Part shown: in pieces, positions 28,701-36,775 of the stretch
How positions within the stretch are numbered: position 1 is the stretch's first letter
How the letters are laid out: every line of letters starts with the position of its first letter
Assembly (NCBI GenBank): GCA_029776995.1
Contig: JAKOTZ010000017.1
Span: 27,341-91,340 of the forward strand
DNA: 64,000 nucleotides
Origin: Candidatus Hydrogenedentota bacterium
Lineage (GTDB): Bacteria > Hydrogenedentota > Hydrogenedentia > Hydrogenedentales > CAITNO01
Direction of reading: 5' to 3'
Translations under genes and position numbers: made by a program
The notes under the pieces: generated by a model
Seen by the model: only the letters and a program-made list of their open reading frames with translations
The model's database searches: none
Told to the model about the DNA's origin: nothing

Positions 28701-29371
28701 GTTTTCAGCTCCTCGGTAAGCTCCCGATACCGGGCGGCCGCGTTCACCTGACGCTTCAGGTGGCGCATCTGACGTTCCACTTCCGCGATGATATCCCCCA
28801 GCCGCACCATGTTCTGGTCCGCCGATTCCAGCCGGCGCGCGGCCAGTTTCTTGCGGTTTTTGTATTTGATAATTCCGGCGGCCTCTTCGAACAGGAACCG
28901 GCGGTCTTCGGACCGAGAGCTGATGATCATATCCACCTTTCCCTGGCCGATCAGGGAATAGGCGTTGGTGCCGATTCCGGTATCCATGAACAATTCCTGG
29001 ATATCCCGAAGGCGGGTCGGCATCTTGTTGAGCAGGTACTCTCCTTCGCCGTCCCGGTACACCCGCCTGCAGACCTCCACTTCCGTGTATTCCACCGGCA
29101 ACTGCAGGTCGGCATTATCAAAGCCCAGCACCACTTCGGCCATCCCCATGGCGGGGCGGTGGGCAGTCCCGTTGAATATCACATCCTGCATGCTGCTGCC
29201 GCGCAGGGCTTTGGCGCTTTGTTCGCCCAGCGCCCAGCGCAGCGCGTCCAGAATGTTACTTTTTCCCGAGCCGTTCGGGCCCACAATGCACGTGATGCCC
29301 GGGCTCAGTTCGAGCACGGTTCGGTCGGCGAAGGATTTAAACCCATGCAGGATGATCCGCTTGAAATACAT
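25799..29371 (-). CDS. smc: Chromosome segregation protein SMC.
   Basis: N-terminal Walker A (IVGPNGSGKSNILDAL), long coiled coils, a hinge, a C-terminal signature LSGGEQ, and Walker B (VLDEVDAPLD). Confidence 0.95.
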   Translation of the reverse strand: MYFKRIILHGFKSFADRTVLELSPGITCIVGPNGSGKSNILDALRWALGEQSAKALRGSSMQDVIFNGTAHRPAMGMAEVVLGFDNADLQLPVEYTEVEVCRRVYRDGEGEYLLNKMPTRLRDIQELFMDTGIGTNAYSLIGQGKVDMIISSRSEDRRFLFEEAAGIIKYKNRKKLAARRLESADQNMVRLGDIIAEVERQMRHLKRQVNAAARYRELTEELKTLELRNAWLQHNELLNRLDDIRMQVGDAQEKYAASSAELASLESEAEQLNLRRLELDRELAACREQEAALDAEMERAEREIALARQEISFSTRRIEEIQGECAALEQKLGADMPDLAAAHDLAALEQTLESARQELETLQSRLAEADQSARAAEEHLETLRSAATSATTARHRTESELNGVLSTLSALEQQITELRAQQSAQAELLAALAEREAAARHALQTAREVLNEVEITRSGMAGRRSELTEQARALEQARQEKRETRSALEARLRSLRELRDRYEGFAGGVRAIMLARQQGLTDMEGIIGPVGDLIGAEKGFETAIEAALGGNINNVVTRDADAAKRAIAFLKEHQAGRVTFLPLDTIRSGGTDDGEPLPGEPGVIGWATRYVSCPAELRPAMEYLLYNTAIVRDIDDAIRIARKERKYPRLVTLEGEVVSPAGAVTGGRTRHESRGLIGRAAEIEELERQVAALEHELAGLDRKIASARDELTALNESLRDMEGREAAARREVAAREKDLAAVESERAVQDRSGGRLAEQDAGLLARTNELREQAESLRKALDRMLQEEAEAQSRLEGVRGELETLRAARAALEQAVADQRVRTAEAGRALDETRRLREREERERATALEELTRRRDLITQLERRIRELEQVAADQAERIARLSAEKESAHARTLEAVQHHRVVVESLDALAERNRKTRARLDAAGQALHSAELAKTQMEDRLAFFRQLVERDYGLNLDTLSEEAIGTDDLEDAEREERIREIRKQLERLGNVNLAAIEEYQALEERERFLKTQADDLRQARDALLDVIRRIDETITRMFLETFNRVSDYFRDYFRRLFNGGQARLYLADESDPLECGIEIEARPPGKKPQSIALLSGGEQAMTAIALLMAIFSAKPSPFCVLDEVDAPLDDANVERFLDMVAEFATRSQFIIITHNKQTMARADALFGVTQQEPGVSQIVSVRLEDAPTG

Positions 29372-29693
29372 GCAGGCATACCCCAGACCGCGACAGCCCG
29401 TTCCGTCCGGCGGTTTCAGCGCTGACGGCCGTTCCCTCCGTAAACGACATGGAGGCGTTTTTGACGCGGAACATTAAGTATACACGATCCGGGTCCGTCT
29501 CTCCCATGTGGCGGCGTTTCTCTCGCGCCCGATGAAAAGAAAATGCCACTTATACTATTTTATTTATGAAAAGTCTGAAAACAGCGCATGCCGGAAGAAT
29601 TGATGCGGCTTTGCGGAATATGGTACATTTCTCTGTTACGGTGTCCCGGTGGACGGGACGGTATTATTCAGCCTCATTTACAGGAATCCCGCC

Positions 29694-31649
29694 ATGCAGG
29701 AATGGATGCGCAAACACAGGCGACTGTTCTTTATTGTTATTTTTTTGTTTATCGGCGTGCCCATGGTGTTTTTCTTCGGGCTGCCTTCTTCGGGGCGTTC
29801 CCGCAGGGCCGCAGGGGAAGACCGGGAGGTAATCCAGGTCGGCAACGTACCGATCCAGGAATCGGAATTCCGGCGCCAGCTGGACGCCACGGCCCGGATG
29901 ATTGCCCAGATGCAGGGCGGCGAGCGCCCCAGCAACGAAGAGCTGGAGCGCATGGGCATGGTTACCCGCGTCACGGACCAGCTGGTCAACTCCACGCTGC
30001 TTACCATGGAAACCCAGTCCAGAAATCTGCCGATCAGTGACGCGATTGTCCAGGAACAGCTGCGCGGCCTGGATATGTTCAAGGATGAAAACGGCAAGTT
30101 CATGCCGGCCGCCTACAATGAGTGGGTCCAGAGCGTGCGTGACTGGACGCCTATTTATGAAGATATGCGTAAGGAAATCGCGCGGAATGTTCTGCTGCGT
30201 ATCGCGGGCGCGCCGGGACGGCGGGTTTCAAAAACCCAGGTGGACGAGGAGCTGATCGCCGACCATACCCGGTTCACCGCGAAATTCCTGAAAGTGGAAG
30301 CGCCGGTGGGCGTTACCGATGAAATGATCCAGAAGGAATACAGCGAGCATCCGGAACGCTACCGCAAATCCCCGACCATCACCGCGGAATTCCTGGCCAT
30401 ATCCCTGTTGCCGCCCGTCCCCCAGAAAGCGCTGGATGCCGTCGCACGGGCCCGCGCCGGCGAAGATTTCGCGGCCCTGGTAAATGAACTGTCCGATCTG
30501 AAAATTCCCGAAGGCGGAGATCAGGGCTGGCGGCCCGTGGATCCCGATGCCCCGGCCCATCTGCAGCCGCTTTTCGCGCTGAAGCCGGGTGAAGTAAGCG
30601 ATCCGGTCGCGGGACCGACGGGATACTTCATCTACAAAGTGGATGAAGAACGCATGAACGACCAGGGGCAGCGGGAGATCAAGTGGCGGCAGATTCTGAT
30701 CAACGCCGAACTGACTGAAGCCGAACTTTCCGAGCGGCGCGCCCGGGCGCAAAGCCTTGAGACAGAGGCGAAACAGATCGGGCTGCTACAGGCGGCCGCA
30801 AACGCCGGACTCGAAGTGCGCCGGACCAACCCTTTCACCCAGGAAACCCAGAACATTGAAAATGTCGACCGGGTTGATGTGCCCCAATTCCGTTCCGCGC
30901 TGATCAGTGAAAAAGAAATGAATGTGCCCCGGACCATTCCGGCCCGGAATAATGTCTACGTGGCCCAGGTGGTGGAGCGGGCTGAAGGCGAACTCCGGCC
31001 GCTGGAAGAAGTCCGCGAGGATGTGGCCCGCAACGTGATTGCCGCGCGCAAACAGGAGGATTCCTACCGCGAGGAAACCCGGGCCCTGGCCAATCAGCTG
31101 AAAAAAGAATATTCCAGCCTGGACGAGATCGTCGTAAAACGTCCGGATCTGGGCGCGGAAGTCAAGGCAACCTCAACGCCGTTCTCCCGCAGAGATCCTC
31201 TCTACAACCAGCAGCTCTTCCTGGATTCCATGCAGCTGTATCAGGAATTCAAGGATGTGGAGCCCGGGACGATCGTAGGGCCGGTGAATGGGCTGTTGGG
31301 AGACATGTGGCTGGCTCAGCTGGTAGAAAAACAGGTGCCTCAGGCCGCGGACCTGGCCCAGTTTGCCGATGAGCGCAAGCAAATCGTTGATCGCCTGAAA
31401 CAGACGGAAGAAGGCAATTACGTCAACGATTATATCCAGCACCTGCGGCGGCAGCGCCTGGCGTCCATGCCCCTGACGGTTCAGCAGGACATCATCGACG
31501 AAATTATCGGAAAGGATCGGCAGAACACGACTGAGGAGACCCCGGCGGAAACCGGAGACACCGCCCAGGAGTCCCCCGCGGCCTCTGACGCGGAGACCGG
31601 CAGCAACACTTCTGCGCCGGCTCCTGCGGCTGCCGAAGGTTCCCAATAA
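29694..31649 (+). CDS. ppiD: Periplasmic chaperone / peptidyl-prolyl isomerase, PpiD/SurA-like, membrane-anchored.
   Basis: N-terminal transmembrane segment (RLFFIVIFLFIGVPMVFFFGL), then SurA-N-like and parvulin-like regions, then an acidic C-terminal tail. Confidence 0.7.
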   Translation: MQEWMRKHRRLFFIVIFLFIGVPMVFFFGLPSSGRSRRAAGEDREVIQVGNVPIQESEFRRQLDATARMIAQMQGGERPSNEELERMGMVTRVTDQLVNSTLLTMETQSRNLPISDAIVQEQLRGLDMFKDENGKFMPAAYNEWVQSVRDWTPIYEDMRKEIARNVLLRIAGAPGRRVSKTQVDEELIADHTRFTAKFLKVEAPVGVTDEMIQKEYSEHPERYRKSPTITAEFLAISLLPPVPQKALDAVARARAGEDFAALVNELSDLKIPEGGDQGWRPVDPDAPAHLQPLFALKPGEVSDPVAGPTGYFIYKVDEERMNDQGQREIKWRQILINAELTEAELSERRARAQSLETEAKQIGLLQAAANAGLEVRRTNPFTQETQNIENVDRVDVPQFRSALISEKEMNVPRTIPARNNVYVAQVVERAEGELRPLEEVREDVARNVIAARKQEDSYREETRALANQLKKEYSSLDEIVVKRPDLGAEVKATSTPFSRRDPLYNQQLFLDSMQLYQEFKDVEPGTIVGPVNGLLGDMWLAQLVEKQVPQAADLAQFADERKQIVDRLKQTEEGNYVNDYIQHLRRQRLASMPLTVQQDIIDEIIGKDRQNTTEETPAETGDTAQESPAASDAETGSNTSAPAPAAAEGSQ

Positions 31650-31667
31650 CACCCAAGGATCAGTCCT

Positions 31668-32621
31668 ATGGAAAACGTCATCATTCTGGGCTCGGGACCT
31701 GCCGGATGCACGGCAGCCCTGTACTGCGCGCGGGCGGATCTGAACCCGCTGGTTCTGGAAGGCGACTACACCCGCGGGCTGCTCCCCGGCGGACAGCTCA
31801 TGACCACCACGGAAGTGGAAAATTTCCCCGGTTATCCCCAGGGCGTTAGCGGTCCCCAGCTGATGATGGACCTGAAAGCGCAGGCCGAACGGTTCGGCGC
31901 CCGGTTTGAGCAGGCCGGCGCGGTAAAAGTCGACCTGAGCGGCCCTCCGCACAAAGTGTGGACCGATGAATCCAGGCCGCCTCTGGAAACCATGGCCCTG
32001 ATCATCGCTACGGGCGCCACAGCCAAATACCTGGGACTTCCGTCCGAAGAACATTTTATGAACCGCGGCGTATCGGCGTGCGCCACTTGCGACGGCGCCC
32101 TGCCGCGGTTCCGGAACCAGCCGGTCGTGGTGGTCGGCGGCGGAGACACCGCCATGGAAGAGGCCTCGTTCCTGAGCCGGTTCTCCTCTATGGTGTATGT
32201 GGTACACCGGCGGGATACGTTCCGGGCCAGCAAAATCATGGCGGAACGGGTGCTGTCCAATCCGAAAATTACCCCCGTCTGGAACAGCGTGGTGGATGAA
32301 ATCCTGGGGGATGACGAGCACGGCGTCACGGGCGTGCGCGTAAAAAATGTCCTGACCGGCGAACTGTCGGAAATCGCCTGTACCGGGTACTTCTGCGCGA
32401 TCGGACACAAGCCGAACACGGACCTGTTCGCCGGCGTCCTGGATATGGATGAAGCGGGGTACCTGGTAACCAGGCCGGATTCCACGTACACGAACGTGGA
32501 AGGGGTTTTCGCGTGCGGGGACGTGAAGGATAAAGTATACCGCCAGGCCATCACGGCCGCGGGAAGCGGATGTATGGCCGCCCTGGACGCGGCGCGCTGG
32601 CTGGAATCCAGGGAACACTGA
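31668..32621 (+). CDS. trxB: Thioredoxin-disulfide reductase.
   Basis: [17 protein letters not shown] motif. Redox-active [23 protein letters not shown] motif. Confidence 0.95.
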   Translation: MENVIILGSGPAGCTAALYCARADLNPLVLEGDYTRGLLPGGQLMTTTEVENFPGYPQGVSGPQLMMDLKAQAERFGARFEQAGAVKVDLSGPPHKVWTDESRPPLETMALIIATGATAKYLGLPSEEHFMNRGVSACATCDGALPRFRNQPVVVVGGGDTAMEEASFLSRFSSMVYVVHRRDTFRASKIMAERVLSNPKITPVWNSVVDEILGDDEHGVTGVRVKNVLTGELSEIACTGYFCAIGHKPNTDLFAGVLDMDEAGYLVTRPDSTYTNVEGVFACGDVKDKVYRQAITAAGSGCMAALDAARWLESREH

Positions 32622-32665
32622 CCGATGCGCTTCTCCAGCCTGCGGTAACGCGGGAGACTCGATTC

Positions 32666-33691
32666 ATGGGCCTGTTATCTTCGCAGGTCGGCACGAAGGA
32701 AATGGTGCTGCTGTGCAGACAGCTGGCCACCGCCTATGAAGCCGGGATCCCTATCCTGCAGGGGCTGAACCTGGTCCGGCGCGGCGGAATCAGCCGGAAA
32801 CTGTCCCAGATCCTTGAACGGGCGTCCGCGCGGATTCGGCAGGGCGCCACGCTTGCGGACGCCCTCCGCCCGGAATCGAAATATCTCCCCGCCTTTTTCG
32901 TGGAGGTTATCGCCGCGGGGGAACAGGGCGGCACGCTGGACGACATGCTGCGGGATCTGGCCGATTTTTATGAGGACCTGCTCAAGCTCAAGCAGGGTGT
33001 GGCGGTATCCATGGTCTATCCGGGCCTGCAACTGGCCGCGGCGTGGTTTCTCGGATCTTTTTCCCTTCGGCTGCTGCCCTATATTCAGGGAACAGGCGGC
33101 CGGACTTTCCAGTTCGAAGCGTACGTTCGGGATTATCTGGCGTTTCAGGGGCGGGCCGGACTGGTCGCGCTGCTGGTTGCCGTGGGAGTGGTGCTGCTGG
33201 GCCGGACTGGTCTCCTGGACGTTATCACAGGCGGAATTAAAATGTTCTTTTGGCCTTTCAACATGATCAGCCGCCGCTTCGCTCTCTCCCGGTTTTTCCG
33301 CAGCATGTCGCTGCTGGTCGGCGCGGGCATGCGCATGGACCGATGTATCCAACACGCGGCGCGGGTAACCATGAATCCCCTGATGGAACGGGACCTCTTG
33401 CGCGCGGTGCCGCTGGTCCTGCAGGGCCACACCCTTGTCGAAGCCTTCAGCCAGGTCAACTGCCTGAGTCCAGTGGGGCGGGATATGCTGGCCGTGGGAG
33501 AAAAAACCGGCAAACTGGAAACGTCGCTCCGCAAAGTGGCGGAATATCACCTCGCGGAAGCCAAGGCAGCCGTCAGCATCGCGACCAAGGTGATGAACGT
33601 CCTGATCCTGCTGGCCGTGGGCGCTGTAGTGGGATTTATTGTCATTTCGTTTTACGGCGGACTCTATTCGGGGCTGGATACCCTTACCTGA
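32666..33691 (+). CDS. Type II secretion / type IV pilus platform protein, F family. Orphan gene.
   Basis: The T2SSF-domain organisation of GspF/PilC-family platform proteins, including the C-terminal transmembrane segment (ILLAVGAVVGFIVISF). No E, D or G partner genes are nearby. Confidence 0.65.
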   Translation: MGLLSSQVGTKEMVLLCRQLATAYEAGIPILQGLNLVRRGGISRKLSQILERASARIRQGATLADALRPESKYLPAFFVEVIAAGEQGGTLDDMLRDLADFYEDLLKLKQGVAVSMVYPGLQLAAAWFLGSFSLRLLPYIQGTGGRTFQFEAYVRDYLAFQGRAGLVALLVAVGVVLLGRTGLLDVITGGIKMFFWPFNMISRRFALSRFFRSMSLLVGAGMRMDRCIQHAARVTMNPLMERDLLRAVPLVLQGHTLVEAFSQVNCLSPVGRDMLAVGEKTGKLETSLRKVAEYHLAEAKAAVSIATKVMNVLILLAVGAVVGFIVISFYGGLYSGLDTLT

Positions 33692-33707
33692 AACAGGGAG
33701 TGTACGT

Positions 33708-34271
33708 ATGGTTTCACGGGAAGAGGAACAACTGGACGTTAACGGAGAGATAACCCGGGACTGGGCCCGCTGGTTCTGGCCGGCGCTGATTGTGGCCCTG
33801 ATCCTGATGATCCTGCTGCTGTGGGCGGGACAGCGCCCAAAGCCTCGGGCATCCGCCGTACGGGCCCGCCATATCCTGATCACCTTCAACGCGAACGACG
33901 CGGTAGACAGAAGCCGCGCGCTCCAGCGCGCCATGGAAATCCGGGGCCGACTACTCCACGGTGAATCGTTTGAATTTCTCGCCCGGCAGTACAGCGATGA
34001 TTCTTATTCCGCCCGACGGGGCGGCGACCTGGGCTGGGCCGAGCGCGGAACGTATGAAAAAGAGTTCGACACCTATTGCTGGCAGGCTCAGATCGGAGAA
34101 ATCAGCGACATTATCCAGACCAAGCACGGTTTCCACATCATCCAGGTCACAGACCGGTACATCAGTGACGCCGAACGGTATGAGATGGAACTCGAAGAAC
34201 GGGCACGGTCAGCCGCCGGCGGCGCACAGGAATCCGGGGAAAAGCCAGAAGCCGCCCCGCAGGCGCCCTGA
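33708..34271 (+). CDS. Membrane-anchored PpiC/parvulin-type peptidyl-prolyl isomerase.
   Basis: GGGAG Shine-Dalgarno. A transmembrane segment. Rotamase block VRARHILITF...GGDLGWAERGTYEKEFD...HGFHIIQV. Confidence 0.7.
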   Translation: MVSREEEQLDVNGEITRDWARWFWPALIVALILMILLLWAGQRPKPRASAVRARHILITFNANDAVDRSRALQRAMEIRGRLLHGESFEFLARQYSDDSYSARRGGDLGWAERGTYEKEFDTYCWQAQIGEISDIIQTKHGFHIIQVTDRYISDAERYEMELEERARSAAGGAQESGEKPEAAPQAP

Positions 34272-34333
34272 CGATTCTGCGCTAAAGGCTGACAACGCGC
34301 GATTCCTCTGAAAAACAGCACGGTCAACAGAAC

Positions 34334-34364
34334 GCGGCCATTTCCTGAAACAGGAGATGGCCGC
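34334..34364. terminator. Strong hairpin between convergent genes, with no U-tract.
   Basis: gcggccatttcctg-aaa-caggagatggccgc: an approximately 13-bp stem with one mismatch. It lies between the + strand rotamase stop (34271) and the - strand hydrogenase operon end (34417). Confidence 0.4.
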
Positions 34365-34416
34365 GGTGCTATGAGGAACATCACGGGCACGCCCATGATG
34401 AGGGGGACGGCCCTGA

Positions 34417-34983
34417 TTACGCTTCTTTCTGTTGGCTTTCTTTCTGCGCTTTGCGGGCGTACTGCTCCAGAAGCGACGGCACCTTGTCGGGCGTCATGTC
34501 GCCGAACACGTCGTCATTCACCATGACCACGGGGGCCAGGCTGCAGGTTCCCAGGCAGCGCGTGGCGTTGAGCGAAAACAGGCCGTCTTTGGTGGTCTCG
34601 CCAAAGTGTATGCCCAGCTCTTCGCTCAATTTTTCGGACACCCGTTCCGCTCCCTTCACGTAACAGGCCGTCCCAAGGCAGACGCTGATGACATAACGCC
34701 CCCTCGGTTCCGTCCGGAAGAAGTGGTAAAACGTCGCCACGCCGGTAACCTTGGAAGTGGACACCTGAAGCAACTGGGCAACCGCGTTCAGCTGATCCTG
34801 CCCGAGATAACCGTAGTGTTCCTGCACCTTGTGCAGCACGCGGATCAGCTGCCCTTCCGGGTGCTCGTCGGCCCGGCAGGTTTCGATAAAGGCCACGATT
34901 TCCGGGGTCAGGGCCGCCCGGGCCGCGGCCATCACCGCTTCACGATTATCCGTTGAACCGTTACAGCAGCAGTGGGTACTCAT
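34417..34983 (-). CDS. [2Fe-2S] thioredoxin-like NuoE/HndA-type subunit of the hydrogenase complex.
   Basis: The Cys pattern CLGTC...C...CLGTC(S) of NuoE-like ferredoxins. Its ATG overlaps the upstream stop as TAATG. Confidence 0.85.
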   Translation of the reverse strand: MSTHCCCNGSTDNREAVMAAARAALTPEIVAFIETCRADEHPEGQLIRVLHKVQEHYGYLGQDQLNAVAQLLQVSTSKVTGVATFYHFFRTEPRGRYVISVCLGTACYVKGAERVSEKLSEELGIHFGETTKDGLFSLNATRCLGTCSLAPVVMVNDDVFGDMTPDKVPSLLEQYARKAQKESQQKEA

Positions 34984-36752
34984 TATCGTATTCCTCTCGG
35001 CAGTCTGGGCGCGTAGTGGGTGTGAAGCAGGGCGTGCGCCTTTTCTCCGCCCGGCTCGCCAAGGTATTCCCGATAAAGCCGCTGGATCGCGGGATTATGG
35101 TTCGAACTCCGCAGCGGTTTATTGCTGTCAATGGCGTAGAGCGCGCTGGCGCGTTTGGCCAGCAGTTTCGGATCGAGAATGGTATACCCTTTGGGCGGAT
35201 AAGGCTGGCCGCCGCCGCCAATGCAACCGCCCGGACAGGCCATCACCTCGATGATGTGGAAGGTTTCTTCGCCGTTCACCACCTTGTCCAGCAGCATCTT
35301 GGCGTTTTGCAGGCCGTTGGCCACGCCCACTCGGAGGGTCAGTTCGTCGTTCACCTTAAGGTCCCGAACCCGCAGCCCTTCCACCGCGCGCACTTCAGTA
35401 AATTCCATTTTCTCGGGCGGACGGCCGTTGATTACCTCGGCGGCCATACGCAGCGCCGCTTCCAGCACCCCGCCGGTCGTGCCGAAAATATCCGCCGCGC
35501 CGGTGGATTCTCCCAGGGGCGAGTCAAATTCTCCGTCCGGCAGGTTTGACAGGTCCAGGCCGTAGCTCTTGATCATGTAAATCAGCTCGCGGGTTGTCAG
35601 CACGGCGTCGGTCTGCGGCGTGCCGTCCGGCATGCTCAGTTCGGGACGGCGCGATTCGAATTTCTTGGCCGTGCAGGGCATGATGGACACCACGAAAATA
35701 TCTTTCGGGTCTATGCCGGAAATTTCCGCGTAATAGGTTTTGATCAGGGATGACATCATGGACATCGGCGAGCGGCAGGACGACGCGTAGGGTATCAGTT
35801 CCGGATAAAACCGCTCCAGGAAGTTCACCCATCCCGGCGAACAGCTGGTCAGCAGCGGCAGCCGCTCGCCCCGTTTGAATCGCTGGATAAATTCCGTCGC
35901 CTCCTCCACGATGGTCAGGTCGGCGGTGAAATTGGTATCGAATACCCGGTCAAAGCCCAGCATGCGAAGCGCCGTCACCAGCTTGCCCGTGCACGGCGTT
36001 CCGGGCGCCATGCCGAAACCTTCGCCGATCGTCGCGCGGATCGCCGGCGCGGTATGGACCACCACGTGCTTGCCGGGGTCCGCGAGCGCCCGCCACACGT
36101 TGTCCACGTAACTCTTTTCGATGAACGCGGCCGTGGGGCAGGCATTCACGCACTGGCCGCACTGGATGCACACGGACTCGTCCATCGGACCGCCAAACGC
36201 CGGCGAAACAACGGTTTTAAAGCCCCGCCCGTGCTGGCTCAGGTTGTGCACCCCCTGCACCTCGGCGCATACCCGGACGCACCGGCCGCAAAGAATGCAT
36301 TTTTCGGGATCCCGGACCACCGCCACGCCGGACCGGTCTATCGGGAAGCGTTTCCGCTCGCCGTCATAGAGGCGCTCGCGGACGCCCATGGTAAACGACA
36401 GGTTCTGCAGCTCGCAGTTCCCGTCCCGGTCGCACGTCAGGCAGGCCCGTGGGTGGTTGTCCAGCAGCAGCTCCACAATATCCCGCCGAGCCTGGCGGAT
36501 GGCAGGACTGTTCGTCTGCACCTCCATCCCTTCCCAGACCTGCACGCTGCAGGAGGCCATGTAAAAAGGCACGCCCTTCACTTCCACCACGCATACCCGG
36601 CAGGAGCCCTGAAGGCTCAGCTTGGGATGGTAGCAGAGCCTGGGGATCTGCACGCCCAGGTGCTTTTCCGCCGCTTCCATAATGGTCGTGCCTTTGGGCA
36701 CCTGCAGCGGCACGCCGTCTATCGTCACGTTTACCAGTTCTTTCTTGCTCAT
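34983..36752 (-). CDS. hydA: [FeFe]-hydrogenase catalytic subunit (HydA/HndD-type, with N-terminal ferredoxin-like domains).
   Basis: N-terminal 2Fe-2S and 4Fe-4S cysteine clusters. H-cluster motifs L2 MPCTAKKFE and L3 EVMACPGGCIGGGGQ. L1 reads TSCSPGW. The ATG at 36752 (MSKKELV) is preferred over the ORF-track start at 36806. Confidence 0.9.
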   Translation of the reverse strand: MSKKELVNVTIDGVPLQVPKGTTIMEAAEKHLGVQIPRLCYHPKLSLQGSCRVCVVEVKGVPFYMASCSVQVWEGMEVQTNSPAIRQARRDIVELLLDNHPRACLTCDRDGNCELQNLSFTMGVRERLYDGERKRFPIDRSGVAVVRDPEKCILCGRCVRVCAEVQGVHNLSQHGRGFKTVVSPAFGGPMDESVCIQCGQCVNACPTAAFIEKSYVDNVWRALADPGKHVVVHTAPAIRATIGEGFGMAPGTPCTGKLVTALRMLGFDRVFDTNFTADLTIVEEATEFIQRFKRGERLPLLTSCSPGWVNFLERFYPELIPYASSCRSPMSMMSSLIKTYYAEISGIDPKDIFVVSIMPCTAKKFESRRPELSMPDGTPQTDAVLTTRELIYMIKSYGLDLSNLPDGEFDSPLGESTGAADIFGTTGGVLEAALRMAAEVINGRPPEKMEFTEVRAVEGLRVRDLKVNDELTLRVGVANGLQNAKMLLDKVVNGEETFHIIEVMACPGGCIGGGGQPYPPKGYTILDPKLLAKRASALYAIDSNKPLRSSNHNPAIQRLYREYLGEPGGEKAHALLHTHYAPRLPRGIR

Positions 36753-36775
36753 ATGCCTGTCCTTTTCCGGCGGAC

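Noticed and set aside
35085-35112. A GGTTCGAACTCC tRNA T-loop-like sequence.
   Set aside because: It lies inside the hydA coding frame (it encodes ...SSNHNPAI...). The flanks cannot form a 72-nt cloverleaf, and the putative acceptor pairing would give a molecule of about 45 nt.
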